In this document: positions 1 to 12,585 of the stretch, one piece after another
Numbering within the stretch: the first letter of the stretch is position 1
How the letters are laid out: each line of letters opens with the position of its first letter
Source: Eledone cirrhosa
Lineage: Eukaryota
DNA length: 64,000 nucleotides
Direction: 5' to 3'
NCBI GenBank assembly: GCA_964016885.1
Contig: OZ024740.1
Coordinates: 408,766,001 to 408,830,000 of the forward strand
The notes under the pieces: model-generated
What the model was told of the DNA's origin: nothing
The model's database searches: none
What the model saw: only the letters and a program-made list of their open reading frames with translations
Position numbers and translations under genes: made by a program

Positions 1-30
1 ACTGCCAATCCACCGCCCTAATAATATCTT

Positions 31-585
31 CATCATCATCATCACCACCGTTCAACGTCCGTTTTTCCACGCTAGCATGGGTTAGACGAGTTGTCCTGTT
101 GTGAGCAATGCCAGGTCAGGTGACCATATCTTGCTCATACAGAACTGATTCTGGCTTGGTTTCTACAGCTGGATGCCCTTCCTAACGCCAACCTCATTTA
201 CAGTGTGGACAAGGTGCTTTTTCTTGTGACACACAACCACTTTGCAGTGTGGGCTGGAGGCTTCACTGGCTGTATATGTCAGCTTGTCTTCATGGGAGTG
301 GGTGTGGTAGTGCAAACTATATATATGCTTCAGTTTTGGCCTGTACCCGTGGGAAGTCAGGTCTTCTGTATTACTGAAATGCCAGAGATCTTGGTCTTAT
401 GTCATCGCCTTTGAGAGGTGCAATTGGACAAGGTCAGCTTTTATCACCTTGTCCCAAGTCTTACTGAGTCCCTCCCTCCAAGGCTTCCATTGACTGTGAG
501 CGCTCTGCACCTTTTATACAGCTGTCATCCTTCATATGCATCACATGTCCATATCAACACAATCTCCTCTCCTGCACACTGCATC
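31..585 (-). mobile_element. Degenerate, internally deleted 3' fragment of RTE LINE (subfamily B-like) with (CAT)n tail
   Basis: CATCAT...CACCGTTCAACGTCCG terminus and the 'ttctacagctggatgcccttcctaacgccaacc' 3'UTR core. 405-585 matches the ORF end of the copy at 49342-52451. Confidence 0.8.
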
Positions 586-699
586 TATATATATATCTGT
601 AACAAAGTGTTGTAATTTGCATTGTGGAATTATTTCACAATATATATATATATCACATAAGAAACGGAGAATCAGTGTTGCGACGAATAGAATTTATTA

Positions 700-794
700 G
701 ACATATTACAATTGTTTCTCTGGCAACCAGCTCGAGGCACGATCGTTGCGATGATCGAACCTCACTCTGAAATCGCAAGATCCTCAGATACGTC
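700..794 (-). ncRNA. Type I hammerhead ribozyme motif (opposite arm of the palindrome)
   Basis: Reverse complement reads gacgtat-CTGAGGA-tct...aga-GAAAC-AATT-GTA-atatgtc, with palindromic stem III ACAATTGT. Confidence 0.75.
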
Positions 795-822
795 TCGATT
801 CTACTCTGCTTCGTAGAATTGA

Positions 823-917
823 GACATATCTGAGGATCTTGTAATTTCAGAGTCAGGTTCGATCATTGCATCGATCGTGCCTCGAGCTGGTCGCCAGAGA
901 AACGATTGTAATATGTC
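823..917 (+). ncRNA. Type I hammerhead ribozyme motif
   Basis: gacatat-CTGAGGA-tct...aga-GAAAC-gatt-GTA-atatgtc: 7-bp stem I, canonical CUGANGA and GAAA cores, GUA cleavage triplet. Confidence 0.75.
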
Positions 918-1079
918 TAATAAATTTTATTTGTCGCAACACTGATTCTCTGTTTCTTATGTGATATTATACTCTGCTCTGTAAGAGCAGCGAGTGCTCA
1001 AACGGCCTACCGCTTACGGACGCTTTAAGCATCCCACACCAATTATATATATATATATTATATATATATTTTACAACCT

Positions 1080-1310
1080 CCCTCCACTCTTAATGTTCCT
1101 TTGTCATTTCTTCTGTGAGGTTGACTTTTGAGATCAACTCTAACTACCTCTGTCCAGATTTTTCTTGGTCCATCCTTTACCCAACTTCCATCTGCTGGTA
1201 TCTTTTCACCCATACTCATGTCCAAACCAGTATAGTATTATCTCTTGCAGACATCTGATCCCTCTTATACCTAGTTATTCTCTCACTTCATCCATGAACT
1301 CTAATATTAC
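1080..1310 (-). mobile_element. Old degenerate RTE ORF 3' remnant
   Basis: Residual similarity to the RTE thumb region, e.g. 'catgtccaaaccag', 'catctgatccctctta'. Confidence 0.4.
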
Positions 1311-1429
1311 ACATCGATATGTATATATTAAAAATTAACTATTAACATAAGCACAAATGATATCCCAATTAGTAGTCATTTCATTGTCACTATATTTGAC
1401 AGAGTTTATAAGTTCATCAGTTACGTATT

Positions 1430-1770
1430 TCTATGTAGTTGTTTGAGTTATGTAGATATTCTCTGATGAGATATACACAGCTAGTTCAAGGTAATAGTGG
1501 TTGTTGTAGAAGAGGTAGAAAAACAAAAGCAGCTATATGAACCAGTGTTTGGAGGTTATAGTGACCAATCAACCAAATGGTCTTCTTTTGGATGTAATAT
1601 AGAATGTATGTGTAGCAGCAGCATGTTTTCAGATATGTGAGCTGTAGTTCTCCAATGAACAGAGAGACAAGGTTGAAATACTTTCTGATTCTGCAGAGGA
1701 AGCCTAGTCTTTGTGATCCAGTTTTAAGAATGTTAAATGAGATGAGATGACTATGAGAAACCACTTGTTC
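1430..1770 (-). pseudogene. Very degenerate CR1/Jockey-group LINE ORF2 C-terminal remnant
   Basis: Translation fragments 'KTGSQRLGFLCRIRKYF' and 'YIQKKTIWLI' resemble post-RT motifs of CR1-group elements. Confidence 0.35.
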
Positions 1771-3302
1771 CACTCCACTGTTATATTGTTGTACATTGTC
1801 AGCCTCAATTTCTGACACAACCTGAGCTAATTTTAATAAAAAAAATTTCCCACCATTAATTTTTTCCCCTATTTTGTTGTTGAAATGATTATAGAGATGG
1901 TTGACTTTGGTTTATATATCCACAATACAGCTGAAGAAAAATACCATAGGGGAGCATTCTGTGTACCAAATTTACATAAAGTAGGATCACACATATGTAA
2001 TATATTAAGTTGAAAAACAGATTATTCTAGCAATTACTTGACAAAACTCTCTCTTGGGGTGTTTAAGATATTGTTTAAATTGTTGAAAAAGTTTGATAAT
2101 ACTTCTTGCTTATTGATTTTAGATTTTAAACTTCCCTAGAGGGAGGTTGTGTCTACTAATTGCTTAAATGATTTGTTGATCAAAGCTTTTCATCTCACAT
2201 CATTGTCATCATTTTACATTTGTTTTCCATGCTTGCATAGGTTGGAAACTCCTATTACATATGAGATCATCATATATTTGTATTTACTATGCAAAATGCT
2301 TCCCTGGTGTATTTTCTGTCATTTTGTTGATGTTTGTAATCTATGTCACTACATTCCTTCTATTTCTAATTATTTTAGTCTTGCCAAATGATTAGAATAT
2401 GCTTCGCTGAAATTGAAACATGTCTGTTGGGTTTACTAGTTGGTTTTAAAGACCAGATACACACTAATCTGCTTTGTCTATATTATCCAACATTTTAACC
2501 AGCTGATCTTATTAATGTTGTTTTTCTTACTTGTTATTAGAATCTGAACTCTTTACAAGGAGTTTTTTCTTCTAATTACTTGTGAAATTTTTCAACTTAT
2601 ATTACATGTGAGCTTTGACATTGATAAAATGTATATCAGTGATATATTAAAAGTGAGTCAATAGATATTTCAAAAAGCGCCTTGTGTTATGTAATGAAAA
2701 CAAAGCAATGTGGAGGTGCTTGTTGTAGTGAGACAAAGTGGCAAGAAATGCCACCGCTTGAATGTAGAAACAAAAGAATGAATGATAAATTTAAGGTTCA
2801 AAATTATCTAAAATTGATCTGATATAGAAATAGTTTCCACAGCTATGAGGAAAGAAATAATAGATAACATTATAAAGAGAAAGATGTCAAGTAGATATAG
2901 TATCTGTCTTAGCAGTGTTCATATAAACTTGTGTGTGTATATGAACAACATGTAAAACAGAAAATACTTGCGGAACCTGTAGAAATTCCATGGAACAAAA
3001 AAAATTAAGAGGAGCTATTTAAGAAAGGATGATTCTCATTTTTGATGTTTCACAGAAACAGAAAGAATATCAGTTTTTTTTCAACAAATGTGTGTATCAA
3101 TGTTGACAGCTATACACTTAAAATTCCCACCTTTTTTATGAAAACTTGATTGTTCCCATAGCAACAACCACAAGTCAAACACAGATACCTCCCTCCTACC
3201 TCCCTCTCTCACTCCACCTTCCCTTTTTCATTGACTCCCCTCACTCTCTAACTAACTAAAACGTAGTGTCAACAATCAGAATATATATTTTCTGTTTTAC
3301 AT

Positions 3303-3495
3303 ATTGTTTAGCCCAAGGCCAACTCTGACCTAACAGATCAAGAGGTAGTTCAGCTGTGACCACTCTTGTCTTTTGTTTTCAGGTATAGCTTATCTTGAAC
3401 TAGATTATTCCAATGTGTCTTTAGAAAGTCAGTGGAGTATGATTTGATGTAGATTAGGCTGTCATTTGTAGCAAGTCAAGGCTCTCTTGTTGACT
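3303..3495 (+). repeat. Old dispersed ~200-bp repeat. Other copies at about 8505-8660 (-), 11940-12040 (+), 14190-14380 (-), 20920-21090 (-), 29065-29260 (+), 32550-32740 (+), 37345-37450 (-), 39970-40150 (+)
   Basis: Shared motifs 'ttgtttagccc.aggtca.c.ctga', 'ttccagc..tgacca', 'actacattatccaatgtgtc', 'tgtgatttga.ggagatttggctgctatttctagca'. Confidence 0.55.
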
Positions 3496-4099
3496 GGAAC
3501 TTTATCAAGTTTGAATATATTTATTTGTTAGACCCAAGCCAATGCCCTTGCTATTACTATCACTAGTCACTTACTTGTGAAGTAGTAGAGATTGTTGTTT
3601 CTGTTCAGTTAGTCAAACTGGAGCTAGTAGACGTATCTGACTTGCTCAATGACACAACAATCTAACTGTAGAAAAATAGGAATTTATGACATTGTGGTCA
3701 GGCCTCTTAACCTCACAGCTACTGTGTCTCATACAGATAAAATTCAAAATGTCATATGGCAGTGTTTCTAAAAGTGGGTATTGAGGCACTTAAGAGGGAC
3801 ACTGAAAGGCAAGGGGAGGGGGTATATGGAGCTGGTCACAGGAAGGCAAGGAGTTGTGAGGGAGGAAAGGGGCAAAGAACACAGATTGGTAGTTGCTCAT
3901 AATACTGCCACCTTTACTTATTTAACAATAAGTGCTTAAATAAAAAAAAAATTCACATTTAATTTTCAATGTATAAATTTTTTTATCAACTTTACTTGGT
4001 GGAATATTCTCTCTAAAAAGAGTACAATAGTTTAAAACATATATAATATGGTATCAATTGTATATATGAAAGCATCTTTAATTATTGTTAGTTTTTGCC

Positions 4100-6649
4100 A
4101 AGGTAGACAGTCCTGCATTGTACCATTTCTAAGGTAGGCAGTCCTGCATTGTACCATTTCTAAGGTAGGCAGTCCTGCATTGTACCATTTCTAAGGTAGG
4201 CAGTCCTGCATTGTACCATTTCTAAGGTAGGCAGTCCTGCATTGTACCATTTCTAAGGTAGGCAGTCCTGCATTGTACCATTTCAAAGGTAGGCAGTCCT
4301 GCATTGGACCATTTCTAAGGTAGGCAGTCCTGCATTGTACCATTTCTAAGGTAGGCAGTCCTGCATTGTACCAGTAGGCAGTCCTGCATTGGACCATTTC
4401 TAAGGTAGGCAGTCCTGCATTGGACCATTTCTAAGGTAGGCAGTCCTGCATTGTACCAGTAGGCAGTCCTGCATTGGACCATTTCTAAGGTAGGCAGTCC
4501 TGCATTGGACCATTTCTAAGGTAGGCAGTCCTGCATTGGACCATTTCTAAGGTAGGCAGTCCTGCATTGTACCATTTCAAAGGTAGGCAGTCCTGCATTG
4601 GACCATTTCTAAGGTAGGCAGTCCTGCATTGTACCATTTCTAAGGTAGGCAGTCCTGCATTGTACCAGTAGGCAGTCCTGCATTGGACCATTTCTAAGGT
4701 AGGCAGTCCTGCATTGGACCATTTCTAAGGTAGGCAGTCCTGCATTGGACCATTTCTAAGGTAGGCAGTCCTGCATTGTACCAGTAGGCAGTCCTGCATT
4801 GTACCATTTCAAAGGTAGGCAGTCCTGCATTGTACCATTTCAAAGGTAGGCAGTCCTGCATTGGACCATTTCTAAGGTAGGCAGTCCTGCATTGGACCAT
4901 TTCTAAGGTAGGCAGTCCTGCATTGTACCATTTCTAAGGTAGGCAGTCCTGCATTGTACCATTTCTAAGGTAGGCAGTCCTGCATTGTACCATTTCTAAG
5001 GTAGGCAGTCCTGCATTGTACCATTTCTAAGGTAGGCAGTCCTGCATTGAACCATTTCTAAGGTAGGCAGTCCTGCATTGTACCATTTCTAAGGTAGGCA
5101 GTCCTGCATTGTACCATTTCTAAGGTAGGCAGTCCTGCATTGTACCATTTCTAAGGTAGGCAGTCCTGCATTGTACCATTTCTAAGGTAGGCAGTCCTGC
5201 ATTGTACCATTTCTAAGGTAGGCAGTCCTGCATTGTACCATTTCTAAGGTAGGCAGTCCTGCATTGTACCATTTCTAAGGTAGGCAGTCCTGCATTGTAC
5301 CATTTCTAAGGTAGGCAGTCCTGCATTGTACCATTTCTAAGGTAGACAGTCCTGCATTGCACCATTTCTAAGGTAGGCAGTCCTGCATTGTACCATTTCT
5401 AAGGTAGGCAGTCCTGCATTGTACCAGTAGGCAGTCCTGCATTGTACCAGTAGGCAGTCCTGCATTGTACCATTTCTAAGGTAGGCAGTCCTGCATTGTA
5501 CCATTTCTAAGGTAGGCAGTCCTGCATTGTATTATTTCTAAGGTAGGCAGTCCTGCATTGTACCAGTAGTCAGTCCTGTATTGTACCATTTCTAAGGTAG
5601 GCAGTCCTGTATTGTACCATTTCTAAGGTAGGCAGTCCTGCATTGTACCATTTCTAAGGTAGACAGTCCTGCATTGCACCATTTCTAAGGTAGGCAGTCC
5701 TGCATTGTACCATTTCTAAGGTAGGCAGTCCTGCATTGTACCATTTCTAAGGTAGGCAGTCCTGCATTGTACCAGTAGGCAGTCCTGCATTGTACCATTT
5801 CTAAGGTAGGCAGTCCTGCATTGTACCATTTCTAAGGTAGGCAGTCCTGCATTGTATCATTTCTAAGGTAGGCAGTCCTGCATTGTACCAGTAGGCAGTC
5901 CTGCATTGTACCAGTAGGCAGTCCTGCATTGTACCATTTCTACGGTAGGCAGTCCTGCATTGTACCATTTCTAAGGTAGGCAGTCCTGCATTGTACCATT
6001 TCTAAGGTAGACAGTCCTGCATTGTACCATTTCTAAGGTAGGCAGTCCTGCATTGTACCATTTCTAAGGTAGGCAGTCCTGCATTGTACCAGTAGGCAGT
6101 CCTGCATTGTACCATTTCTAAGGTAGGCAGTCCTGCATTGTACCATTTCTAAGGTAGGCAGTCCTGCATTGTACCATTTCTAAGGTAGGCAGTCCTGCAT
6201 TGAACCATTTCTAAGGTAGGCAGTCCTGCATTGAACCATTTCTAAGGTAGGCAGTCCTGCATTGTGCTAGTAGGCAGTCCTGCATTGTACCATTTCTAAG
6301 GTAGGCAGTCCTGCATTGTACCATTTCTAAGGTAGGCAGTCCTGCATTGTACCATTTCTAAGGTAGGCAGTCCTGCATTGTACCATTTCTAAGGTAGGCA
6401 GTCCTGCATTGAACCATTTCTAAGGTAGGCAGTCCTGCATTGTACCATTTCTAAGGTAGGCAGTCCTGCATTGTACCATTTCTAAGGTAGGCAGTCCTGC
6501 ATTGAACCATTTCTAAGGTAGGCAGTCCTGCATTGTGCTAGTAGGCAGTCCTGCATTGTACCATTTCTAAGGTAGGCAGTCCTGCATTGTACCAGTAGGC
6601 AGTCCTGCATTGTACCATTTCTAAGGTAGACAGTCCTACATCATACCAT
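4100..6649. repeat. Minisatellite with 31-bp unit AAGGTAGGCAGTCCTGCATTGTACCATTTCT and interspersed 23-bp deletion variants
   Basis: Directly visible tandem array of about 2.55 kb with no unique spacers. Confidence 0.97.
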
Positions 6650-6667
6650 CTGATAACATTATGATTC

Positions 6668-6850
6668 TGTGGCAGTGTCGGTAGAGGGTCTGACGTCATG
6701 CTTTGACGCATAGAGTTACGGCCCTTGCCATTCTGAGTTCAAATCCCGTCGAGGTTAACTTTGCCTTTCATCCTTACGAGGTTGATAACATAAAGTACCA
6801 GTAATGCACTGGGTAATTGCTAGCCTTGTGCCAAAAGTAGAAATAATTAT
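6668..6850 (+). mobile_element. tRNA-derived SINE with central 'TTTGCCTTTCATCCTT.CG.GGT.GATAA...AAGTACCAG' domain (family 2)
   Basis: A-box-like TGGCAGTGTCGG and B-box GAGTTCAAATCC; homologous to the copies at 45367-45555 and 45814-45978. Confidence 0.75.
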
Positions 6851-7099
6851 GATTCTGTATCATAATTATCACCCTTAGCTGTAATTGCTCTCAAACTCAA
6901 TTCACACCATTATGAGTTCATATCAATGTAAGTCACCTCTTTCTATACACCAGCTTAATTCTTTGATATCCTGTTATTTTATTAACTTGTATGCATTGAA
7001 TGGTTTATAACTGAAAACATGTAACAAAATAATAATAGATATATCTTGCTAAATATAATAATTATCTTGTTATAGCAGATATAAATCATTTCTTAGAGA

Positions 7100-7517
7100 C
7101 ATCATCATCATCATCATCATCAACGTTTAACGTCCGTGTTCCACGCTTGCATGGGTTTGGACGGGGGTAGTCCCACTTGAGGCAAGAGTGATTGTCTTGC
7201 TCGCATAGGACTGTCTGGCAGGTTTTCTACAGTTGGATGCCCTTCCTAACACCAACCACATTTACAGTGTGGGTCTGGGAGGTTTTTACCGTGTTGCCTA
7301 CACGGCCACATTACAGCGTGGACTGTGTGTTTTTTTGTCGTGATACCTACACGATCTCATTTGTTTCGGCCTGGATGGTGCGGCACCAACATAACTTTAC
7401 ATAGAACGGGGTGGTGTGGATGGGGTGGGGGTGGTGGTGGTGGGACGGGGTGTATTTTGTTAGAGATGCCTACTGGCAAGGCGGGTCTTCTCTGTTACTG
7501 AGTACCGCCAAAGGTCT
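7100..7517 (-). mobile_element. RTE LINE subfamily A, 3'UTR-only copy
   Basis: (CAT)n tail; near identity to 22400-22831 and 27950-28373. Confidence 0.9.
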
Positions 7518-7611
7518 AGCAGTTAAAACTAAATGAATACTTAATAATCTTTTAGTGACAAAGCCTACTGCTGTAACGTCACTGTTTATTTTAAAGTGTT
7601 TATATATGTAT

Positions 7612-7648
<37 letters not shown>

Positions 7649-9165
7649 AAAGTCTTCTCTCATAATTTTATATAAGAATCTTTAAGGTATGTACATGTCT
7701 ACACATTTTGAGGAGAGGCATAGGCAGTAAATCCATCATAGTATATAACTAGGATTTATTTAAAAAGTGTATTCAACTCCAATAAGATTTGAACTCAGGA
7801 TGTACTGAATGTAACTAAACATTTTGTCCACTGCTCTACTGATTTTGCCCATCGGCCACCTTCCTAATAATAATGAAGATAACATTAATAGGCATAGTGC
7901 CCCACTTGCCTTTCCCAATTCTAGAGAGCAGAAGAAAGATTTCCAGTTCAGTTGGATGGGTTACCTTTTGTGAGCTGTTACAATTATGAATGGAAATTGT
8001 GTGAATTCTCATATTGCTCACAAATGCACCATCATCACCACCATAATACATTTGTTTCTCCATGCATCAGTTAAACAGGTCTTCTTCATTTAACATACTT
8101 ATTTATCATCTCGTTTGTGAGGTTCAGCTTTTTGCAGCCAGCTTTCACTTCTTCTCATGCCTTACTTGGTCTACTTCTTCTACATGTCCTTTCTACTTGA
8201 ATCACTTGGCACTAACCTATCATCTTTCACAGGCATCACATATCCATCTCTTTTGCACATTATATTTGATTCCTTTTAAACCCAGCTTTTCTTTTGGCTC
8301 ATTTGTCATCCATTGTTCAGGCATACTAACATTACGCACCCAGCCCATGTTTCATTATCATGCAACCTCACACTTACACACACAATCATCATACAATCTG
8401 CCTTTTACTTAGTAAGTCCTTTTGCGGCCAACAGCAGTTCCTAAAACTGAATTCTTAGAATAATATACTGTATTTGAAAAAGGTTAATTGTTAAAAGAAA
8501 GTCAGCCTCTGTGAGGTTGCTTGATATGCTAGAAATAGCAGCCAAATATCTTCCAAATCATAGTCCTTAATAAACAAAAATGTGAGATGATCATGAGTAG
8601 TATGTCTTTGATCATTAGGCCTGTTTAATCAAGGCTGACCTAGAGACTAAACAATAACAATGAATAGAAAAACTTTCAACAGCAGATTTAGTGTTGGCCT
8701 GCATCCTGCCACTATTATCTTTATAGCTTTTCTTTTTTTATTGTTTATTGTTTATCAAGTTTGTTTAAAGACACTTATTAAACAGTTGTTACTTCTCATC
8801 TACTTTAGCCATTTATCCTTCTCATTGCTTAACTAGCCTCTTGATTATCCTTTCTCTGGAATTTTGTAATCCTCAAAGTGTTGAGTATAGTTTTATTGAT
8901 GAACCCATAGCCATCCATTTTAATTGCTAGTATACATCATCTTCAGGTGGTGAATTGGTACAGTGGTTAGAACGTTAGAATACTTTGCAGTATTTATTTT
9001 GGCTTGGTGAGATCAACTTTGCCTTTCATCCTTTTGAGGCTGATGAAAAGTACCTGTTCAATACTGGGTTGATTCTTCCTCTCTGCCTCTCTCTCACTTC
9101 CTCTTTCCTTCTCTGGAAGAAATCAACTGTGTTCAGACTTAGAGAGGGGCTAGCCCCTGCCAGCT

Positions 9166-9375
9166 TTAACCCTTTAGCATTTACATGACTCTATATATGC
9201 TATTGAATTTTTGTGGTAAATTATCTCACATAATATCGAATCTATGAGATTTTGATGTTATTTATTCTGAGAACAATACCTTAACGTCAGTATGAGTGGT
9301 CAGTTACGACCAGTTTGAACAGAAAGCGGTGAGAGAATTCCTGGCCGGATACGGCTGGTTTAAATGCTGGGTTAA
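9166..9375. mobile_element. TTAA-flanked MITE, piggyBac-like termini
   Basis: TTAA-CCCTTTAGCATTTA ... TAAATGCT-GGG-TTAA; homologous copies at 12586-13396, 23129-23325 and 47153-47355. Confidence 0.7.
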
Positions 9376-10301
9376 AGTGCTCAAGATATGCTGTATGTTG
9401 CAAAGGTGCTACTACTACTCTACTATTCCATCAACATACATACACATCATCTTCAAGCTGTTCTTATACAGGACTACTATTTCATTTGTTATAAAATGGT
9501 GTTTTTGTATTGAAGATTTGGGTGTTTTTTACTATACTTCAGGTAATTAAGAGACTTTTCTCAGTTGGATTTATCTGAACACTTGAGGCATTCCATTCCA
9601 TATAGACAAAAAAAAAGGAGTATCCTGTATATTGAATAGAATAGACACAGAGAAGAACCTTTATTAATAAAGAAGCCTTTTTCACAACCTTTCCATTCAT
9701 GTTTACTATTTGTTTTTATTTTTAATGCCTTTTTGAGTTGAAGTACTGAAGTATTGGGTTACTTGCAGTTTCTGTACTATTCTCAGTCAAGAAGAATTTC
9801 TATACTTAACCTGTGACTATTCTTGTAAATGCACTGTTTTCTTCTTTTTTTTCTTTTACATATGCATCATTCTGTTTCATACCCTGCACATACTAATATA
9901 AGCGTTGATTCAATTTGTGTCTTACACTTCACTTCTCACATTTATGCTTGTTACACAAAACTGACAAAATTTCTAGATATGATAGTAGTTCTGCCAGTTT
10001 AGCAAATCCACGTGTTTGTTATATGCTGTAATTGAGTTGTTCTCATATTGTAACAGTTTTAGATTTAAGTGATACACAGGGAAAATTACGTTGCAAGAAT
10101 TCTTAGCATTCTTACCATATAACTACAGCTCTTGATATAGGAAATATTTTCTCTAAAATAATCCACAGCATTTTAATTTTCATTTCAACTAGGCGTAAGA
10201 CCAAGCAAAATAGAATAAATAATTTTCATGCAGTTTTGCAGAGTTCAGTAAAGCTAATGTTAACATTTAATGTAGAGCAAATTAGAAATAATGCTTATCA
10301 T

Positions 10302-11942
10302 GATGGTCACAACTGAACTACATATCATGGTCACAACTGGACTACATATGGTCACAACTGAACTACATATCATGATGGTCACAACTGAACTACATATGAT
10401 GGTCACAACTGAACTACATATGATGGTCACAACTGAACTACATATGATGGTCACAACTGAACTACATATGATGGTCACAACTGAACTACATATGATGGTC
10501 ACAACTGAACTACATATGATGGTCACAATTGGACTACATCTGGTCACAACTGAACTACATATGATGGTCACAACTGGACTACATATCATGGTCACAACTG
10601 GACTACATATCATGGTCACAACTGGACTACATATGGTCACAACTGGACTACATATGGTCACAACTGAACTACATATGATGGTCACAACTGGACTACATAT
10701 GGTCACAACTGGACTACATATGGTCACAACTGGACTACATATGGTCACAACTGAACTACATATGATGGTCACAACTGGAGTACATCTGATGGTCACAACT
10801 GAACTACATCTGATGGTCACAACTGAACTACATCTGGTCACAACTGAACTACATATGATGGTCACAACTGAACTACATATGGTCACAACTGAACTACATA
10901 TCATGATGGTCACAACTGAACTACATATGGTCACAACTGAACTACATATGGTCACAACTGAACTACATATGGTCACAACTGAACTACATATGGTCACAAC
11001 TGAACTACATATGGTCACAACTGAACTACATATGGTCACAACTGAACTACATATGGTCACAACTGAACTACATATGGTCACAACTGAACTACATATGGTC
11101 ACAACTGAACTACATATGATGGTCACAACTAAACTACATATGATGGTCACAACTGAACTACATATGATGGTCACAACTGAACTACATATGGTCACAACTG
11201 AACTACATATGATGGTCACAACTAAACTACATATGATGGTCACAACTGAACTACATATGATGGTCACAACTGAACTACATATGATGGTCACAACTGAACT
11301 ACATATGATGGTCACAACTGAACTACATATCATGGTCACAACTGAACTACATATCATGGTCACAACTGAACTACATATGGTCACAACTGAACTACATATG
11401 ATGGTCACAACTGAACTACATATGATGGTCACAACTGAACTACATATGATGGTCACAACTGAACTACATATGGTCACAACTGAACTACATATGGTCACAA
11501 CTGAACTACATATGGTCACAACTGAACTACATATGGTCACAACTGAACTACATATGGTCACAACTGAACTACATATGGTCACAACTGAACTACATATGGT
11601 CACAACTGAACTACATCTGATGGTCACAACTGGACTACATATGATGGTCACAACTGAACTACATATGGTCACAACTGAACTACATATGATGGTCACAACT
11701 AAACTACATATCATGGTCACAACTGAACTACATATGGTCACAACTGAACTACATATGGTCACAACTGAACTACATATCATGGTCACAACTGGACTACATA
11801 TCATGGTCACAACTGAACTACATATGGTCACAACTGAACTACATATCATGGTCACAACTGAACTACATATCATGGTCACAACTGAACTACATATCATGGT
11901 CACAACTGAACTACATATCATGATGGTCACAACTGAACTATA
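10302..11942. repeat. Minisatellite with 21-bp core ATGGTCACAACTGAACTACAT and +3/+6 bp (ATG/ATC) variants
   Basis: Directly visible tandem array of about 1.64 kb; it produces the 557-aa and 599-aa repetitive ORFs. Confidence 0.97.
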
Positions 11943-12585
11943 TTGTCCCATATATCTTTTATGATAGCAGTGTGATTTGAAGGAAATTTGGCTGCAATTT
12001 TCAGCAGATTGAGCGACCATGTAAAAGCTCCTTTGGTTAACACTCAGATCAGCTAACATACATTGATGTTACCTTATATGGGGGAAAATAGTTAGGCAGC
12101 ATCCTTTTAATGAGGTGGTTGGTGTAAGAAGCAGTTACTTATCCATATCTGAGGTGGTAAGTGGAAAGGTTTGCAGTATTTTGGTTACATGTATAGATAT
12201 ATTTATGTAAGCTCTATTATAAGGATTATTTTGACAGATACAGGAGACAACTCCAGACATGTTTCGGGTTATGATTTCACCAGTGAAACATAGACTTAAC
12301 CATACTTGTTAGTAGTAAAGATTGCACACTGGTTGGCATAGAGAAATTTAGAATTGTTTAGCAAATAAATAACTCCTCATCATATTTCTACAGTGTCTGT
12401 TTGGATAAAGAGATAAACTGGATGATAAATATTTTGATTGATCTTTCAGTTGAAAGTTTGCCTATATTTTGTCAGTGATGCCTTTCATTCAGTTTGCTCA
12501 GGTGATTTGAGGAACTCATTTTATTTTGGAATGATCTGTAATCTTATAACGATCATCACCATCTTCATTTTCAACAATATTTATT

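Larger units (their letters stand above)
650..1045. mobile_element. Penelope-like pseudo-LTR remnant: ~155-bp-arm inverted repeat (650-967) plus a short tail, set in (TA)n
   Basis: Arms 650-804 and 813-967 are near-perfect reverse complements. Each arm holds a hammerhead core, and an inverted partial pLTR is typical of Penelope-like insertions. Confidence 0.7.

Noticed and set aside
2590-3130. Possible decayed DNA-transposon coding remnant
   Set aside because: No motif could be read with confidence.
4100-6649. CRISPR array or repeated 68-aa ORFs
   Set aside because: Head-to-tail units without unique spacers, no cas genes, eukaryotic context.
7192-7404. Recurrent small ORF 'WMPFLTPTTFTVW' as a conserved peptide family
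   Set aside because: It is the antisense reading of the RTE/SINE 3'UTR core; starts, lengths and frames vary among copies.
10260-12059. 599-aa and 557-aa ORFs as protein-coding genes
   Set aside because: They are translations of a 21/24/27-bp minisatellite with no unique domain, splice context or codon-level divergence.
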